From the NCBI GenBank assembly GCA_902796695.1, contig CADBQE010000194.1, forward strand, positions 1 through 26,337: a DNA stretch of 26,337 nucleotides, written 5' to 3'. Positions 23,206 through 26,337 of the stretch are shown here, one piece after another. The DNA comes from an uncultured Lachnospiraceae bacterium (lineage in GTDB: Bacteria > Bacillota > Clostridia > Lachnospirales > Lachnospiraceae). A model generated the notes under the pieces. It saw only the letters and a program-made list of their open reading frames with translations. It searched no databases and was not told the DNA's origin. The translations under genes were made by a program, and so were the position numbers. Position 1 is the first letter of the stretch. Each line of letters begins with the position of its first letter.

Positions 23206-25767
23206 TCAAACGATGGCTTTTACCTTATAATCCTGCGCCTCCACGGCATTTTTCAGGACTTCATCCGCGATTTCTTCGGTCAATTCCACGACCGCGGTCC
23301 CTTTTTCGTGGCTGGGAACCGCCGATTTTACGCCCGGCAGGGCTTCCAGCGCTTTCTTCACGCGTGCTTCGCAGTGCGTGCACATCATGCCTTCGATCTC
23401 CATGGTTTTCGTCATTGTCGTTTCCTCCTTCTGTGACGGACCGGATGCTTTTTCCGGAACGGGCGGAGCGGGCGCTTCCCCGGCCGGGTGCGGGTCTGCC
23501 GCCGCCTTAGCCGAGGCGGGATACAGTCTGACCCGGTTCAGCCTGAGGGCGTTCATGCACACCGTAAAGCTGGACAGGCTCATGGCCGCCGCTCCGTAAA
23601 TGGGTTTTAATTCGATCCCGAGCAGGCCCATGGCCAGCGGGATGCAGATCAGGTTGTAAATAAAGGCCCAGAACAGGTTCTCGTGGATATTGCGGATGGT
23701 GGCGCGACCGAGTTTTACCGCCGCCGCCGCGTCCATGAGCGAGTTCTTCATCAGGACGATGTCCGCGGCATCCAGTGCCACGTCCGTTCCGGCGCCGATG
23801 GCCAGGCCCACGTCCGCGCGCACCAGGGCGGGCGCATCGTTGATGCCGTCGCCTACCATGGCGACTTTTCCCTGCTCCGCCAGCGAGCGGATCACCTCTT
23901 CCTTGCCCTGGGGCAGCACGCCGGCCGCCACGTCCTTCACACCGGCCTTCGCCGCGACGGCGCGGGCGGTCTTTTCATTGTCGCCGGTCAGCATGACGGT
24001 CTTTAAGCCCAGTTCTTCCATATAGGCTACCGCGGCCAGGGAATCCTCCTTCAGGGCATCCGCCACCGCGATGATCCCCAGATAGTCGCTGTCCCGGGCA
24101 AAGAGCAGCGGCGTCAGGCCCTGCTCCGAAAGCGCGGCGGCCTGACGGGAAGCCGTCTCCGGCAGCGCCAGTTCGCCCGTCATGTATTTCAGGCTGCCGC
24201 CTTTTAAGGTCAGGGTGCCCAGGCGGGCCGTCAGGCCGTTGCCGGGCAGCGCGGCAAAATCATCCGCGGGCGGAGCGGAAATGCCGTCTTCCGCAGCTTT
24301 TTTCATGACGGCTTTTGCCAGCGGGTGCTCGCTCTTCGCTTCCAGCGCCGCGGCCAGCCGCAGCAGTTCAGAGGCGGATACGCCCTCCGCCGGATACAGG
24401 CCCATGACTTCCGGCTCGCCCTTGGTCAGCGTGCCGGTCTTGTCCATGGCCAGGATCTGCGTGCGTCCGACGCCTTCCAGCGCGGCGGCCGTCTTGAACA
24501 GAATGCCGTTTTTCGCGCCGACGCCGCTGCCCGCCATGATCGCCACCGGCGTGGCCAGGCCCAGCGCGCAGGGGCAGCTGATGACCAGCACGGAGATCCC
24601 GCGGGCCACGGCAAAGCCGAACTCCTTCCCGGCGATCAGCCAGCCGGCCATGGTGAGCAGCGCCAGCCCGATGACCGTCGGCACGAAAATGCCGGACACT
24701 TTATCCGCGATGCGGCCGAGCGGCGCTTTGGTGGCCGCCGCGTCCGAAACCATCTGAATGATCTGCGAGAGCGTCGTATCCTGTCCCACGCGGGTGGCGC
24801 GGCAGGTCAGATAGCCGGAGCCGTTGACGGTAGCGGCGGAGACCGGATCGCCCGCCTGCTTGTCCACGGGGATGCTCTCCCCGGTCAGGGCGGCTTCGTT
24901 CACCGCGCCGCTTCCGGATTCCACAATGCCGTCCACGGGGATGCTTTCGCCTGGCCTCACGACAAAAATGTCGCCGGTCTTCACGGCTTCGATATCCACG
25001 GTGACTTCCCGGCCGTCCTTCAGCAGAACCGCCGTCTGCGGGGTCAGTTCCATGAGGCCGCGCAGCGCGTCGGTGGTGCGTCCCTTGGAGAGGGATTCCA
25101 GCAGCTTGCCGACCGTGATCAGCGTGGGGATCATGGCCGCCGTTTCAAAATACAGGTTTTCACCCAGGCGCATGACTTCCGCATGGTTCATGTCCCCCTG
25201 CGCCAGCGCCATCAGCAGCAGCTCCGCCAGCGAGTAGGCAAAGGCGGTGCCGGAGCCCAGCGCCACCAGGGTGTCCATATTCGGGGCGCGGTGCAGCAGC
25301 GAGCTGATGCCGCTGCGGAAGAATTTTCCGTTGACCGCCATGACGGCAAGTGCCAGGCACAGCTGGAAGATGCCCATGAAGACCATGTTGTCGAAGGCCT
25401 TCGGCGCCGGGAAGCCCGCCATCATGTGACCCATCGAAAAGTACATCAGGATCAGCAGCAGCGCCGCGGAAATGATCAGGCGCTTCTTCAGCTTCGGGGT
25501 CTCCTTATCCTCCAGCGCTTCCCGGGTCTGCTTCAGACGGGCCTGATAGGAGGCGCCTTCCGCCGGCGCGCCGCGCAGGACCGCCCCGTAGCCCGCCGCT
25601 TCCACTGCGCGGACAACGGCTTCCGGAGACGCGCTTCCCTTCACCGCCATGGAATTCGTCAGCAGGCTCACCGTGCATTCCGTGACCCCTTCCACACCGG
25701 ATACGGCCTTTTCCACCCGGGCGCTGCAGGCCGCGCAGCTCATCCCGGTCACAGTATACTGATCCAT
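23206..25767 (-). CDS. copA: Copper-translocating P1B-type ATPase with N- and C-terminal HMA domains, 853 aa
   Basis: [57 protein letters not shown], and C-terminal GMMCTHC. Confidence 0.95.
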   Translation of the reverse strand: MDQYTVTGMSCAACSARVEKAVSGVEGVTECTVSLLTNSMAVKGSASPEAVVRAVEAAGYGAVLRGAPAEGASYQARLKQTREALEDKETPKLKKRLIISAALLLILMYFSMGHMMAGFPAPKAFDNMVFMGIFQLCLALAVMAVNGKFFRSGISSLLHRAPNMDTLVALGSGTAFAYSLAELLLMALAQGDMNHAEVMRLGENLYFETAAMIPTLITVGKLLESLSKGRTTDALRGLMELTPQTAVLLKDGREVTVDIEAVKTGDIFVVRPGESIPVDGIVESGSGAVNEAALTGESIPVDKQAGDPVSAATVNGSGYLTCRATRVGQDTTLSQIIQMVSDAAATKAPLGRIADKVSGIFVPTVIGLALLTMAGWLIAGKEFGFAVARGISVLVISCPCALGLATPVAIMAGSGVGAKNGILFKTAAALEGVGRTQILAMDKTGTLTKGEPEVMGLYPAEGVSASELLRLAAALEAKSEHPLAKAVMKKAAEDGISAPPADDFAALPGNGLTARLGTLTLKGGSLKYMTGELALPETASRQAAALSEQGLTPLLFARDSDYLGIIAVADALKEDSLAAVAYMEELGLKTVMLTGDNEKTARAVAAKAGVKDVAAGVLPQGKEEVIRSLAEQGKVAMVGDGINDAPALVRADVGLAIGAGTDVALDAADIVLMKNSLMDAAAAVKLGRATIRNIHENLFWAFIYNLICIPLAMGLLGIELKPIYGAAAMSLSSFTVCMNALRLNRVRLYPASAKAAADPHPAGEAPAPPVPEKASGPSQKEETTMTKTMEIEGMMCTHCEARVKKALEALPGVKSAVPSHEKGTAVVELTEEIADEVLKNAVEAQDYKVKAIV

Positions 25768-26063
25768 TATTTCATCACCTTCTTCAGTGTTTCTACCAGC
25801 TCGTCGACCGTCTCCGTTCTGCCGTCCCGGATATCATCCGTCACACAGCTGCGGATGTGCTCCGCGAGCAGCACCTTATTAAAACTGTTCAGCGCCTGAT
25901 TCACCGCGGAAACCTGAATCATGATCTCCGGACAGTACGCATCCTGCTCCAGCATATTCTGCAGACCGCGCACCTGTCCCTCGATCCGCTTCAGCCGGTT
26001 CATCAGATTCCTCTTTTCCCTTTCATCCCGCAACTTTTTGGGATGACAGCAGGTATTATCCAT
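25767..26063 (-). CDS. csoR: CsoR family copper-sensing repressor, 98 aa
   Basis: [17 protein letters not shown]...EHIRSCV (C-H-C ligands); stop overlaps the copA start (TAATG). Start moved to the ATG at 26063 after GGAGGAAGG. Confidence 0.92.
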   Translation of the reverse strand: MDNTCCHPKKLRDEREKRNLMNRLKRIEGQVRGLQNMLEQDAYCPEIMIQVSAVNQALNSFNKVLLAEHIRSCVTDDIRDGRTETVDELVETLKKVMK

Positions 26064-26105
26064 GCCAGATCCTTCCTCCGGCGTCTCCCGCCGGTCCGAA
26101 CCGCA

Positions 26106-26122
26106 ATACCGGCCCGGGGTAT
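26106..26122. promoter_or_regulatory. CsoR operator (downstream site)
   Basis: ATACC-GGCCCGG-GGTAT, an ATACC/GGTAT inverted repeat around a GC tract, matching described CsoR operators. Confidence 0.75.
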
Positions 26123-26133
26123 CCTTCCCCCTC

Positions 26134-26162
26134 ATCATATACCCCCGCCCGGTATTTGTCAA
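26134..26162 (-). promoter_or_regulatory. SigA promoter of csoR-copA
   Basis: Minus strand TTGACA (26162-26157), 17 nt, TATGAT (26139-26134). Confidence 0.85.
26139..26155. promoter_or_regulatory. CsoR operator (in promoter spacer)
   Basis: ATACC-CCCGCCC-GGTAT, located between the -35 and -10 boxes. Confidence 0.8.
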
Positions 26163-26170
26163 GCAAAACA

Positions 26171-26202
26171 TGACAGGGGGACGGTTCCTTTGTCACATTT
26201 TG
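26171..26202. repeat. 32-bp hairpin-forming direct repeat, copy 1
   Basis: TGACAGGGGGACGGTTCCTTTGTCACATTTTG, identical to 26306-26337; contains TGACA/TGTCA inverted arms. Confidence 0.9.
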
Positions 26203-26258
26203 CCTTGCTCCCGCGGGCCGCTGACACACAAGGTGAATTGCCGCACAGCGGCAAGAGA

Positions 26259-26284
26259 GGGCGGCCTGGGCCGGCGGCCCCTAC
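26259..26284 (-). repeat. GTAG-type REP-like palindrome
   Basis: Minus strand GTAG-GGGCCGCC-GGCCCA-GGCCGCCC: a GTAG tetranucleotide followed by an 8-bp stem with a single mismatch. Confidence 0.6.
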
Positions 26285-26305
26285 GATATCGGTTCCCGTG
26301 ACATG

Positions 26306-26337
26306 TGACAGGGGGACGGTTCCTTTGTCACATTTTG
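26306..26337. repeat. 32-bp hairpin-forming direct repeat, copy 2 (ends at the window edge)
   Basis: Identical to 26171-26202; here the inverted arms extend to ATGTGACA/TGTCACAT. Confidence 0.9.

Noticed and set aside
26062-26171. N-terminal extension of CsoR (134-aa ORF) and the plus-strand 79-aa ORF at 26062-26301
   Set aside because: The extension runs through the promoter and operators; the true start at 26063 has a strong RBS. The plus-strand ORF overlies regulatory and repeat DNA.
26171-26337. Possible CRISPR array (two identical 32-bp repeats)
   Set aside because: Only two copies, the 103-bp intervening sequence is too long and itself palindromic, and there are no cas genes in the window; it fits a REP-like element better.

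Overview
GC-rich Firmicute-type (Clostridia-like, inferred from gene content) chromosomal window. Most of it is one minus-strand, tightly packed 17-gene surface-polymer operon (2338-21697, about 19.4 kb). In transcription order: LCP anchoring protein, an unusual WcaJ/CpsE-N-terminus::FdtA-cupin fusion, a second FdtA/QdtA cupin, a DegT-family aminotransferase, DUF1919, a FemAB-like GNAT, a sugar-transfer-associated ATP-grasp (ST), a small PglC-like phosphoglycosyl transferase, a classical ATP-grasp ligase, an ornithine cyclodeaminase-family enzyme, ATP-grasp ST, an opine dehydrogenase, two more ATP-grasp ST, a CapA/PGA_cap metallophosphoesterase, wzy and wzx. I can recognise no conventional GT-A/GT-B glycosyltransferase in it. 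It has five ATP-grasp amide ligases and two imine/opine-type oxidoreductases instead, which suggests a Wzx/Wzy-exported amino-sugar/peptide (opine-containing) hybrid polymer; this is inference. A separately promoted rfbA/rmlA and a convergent uncharacterised nucleotidyltransferase lie downstream. Upstream are ald, a csoR-copA copper operon with two clear CsoR operators, and a REP-like composite repeat at the window end. Family assignments come from motif recognition only; no database searches were run.
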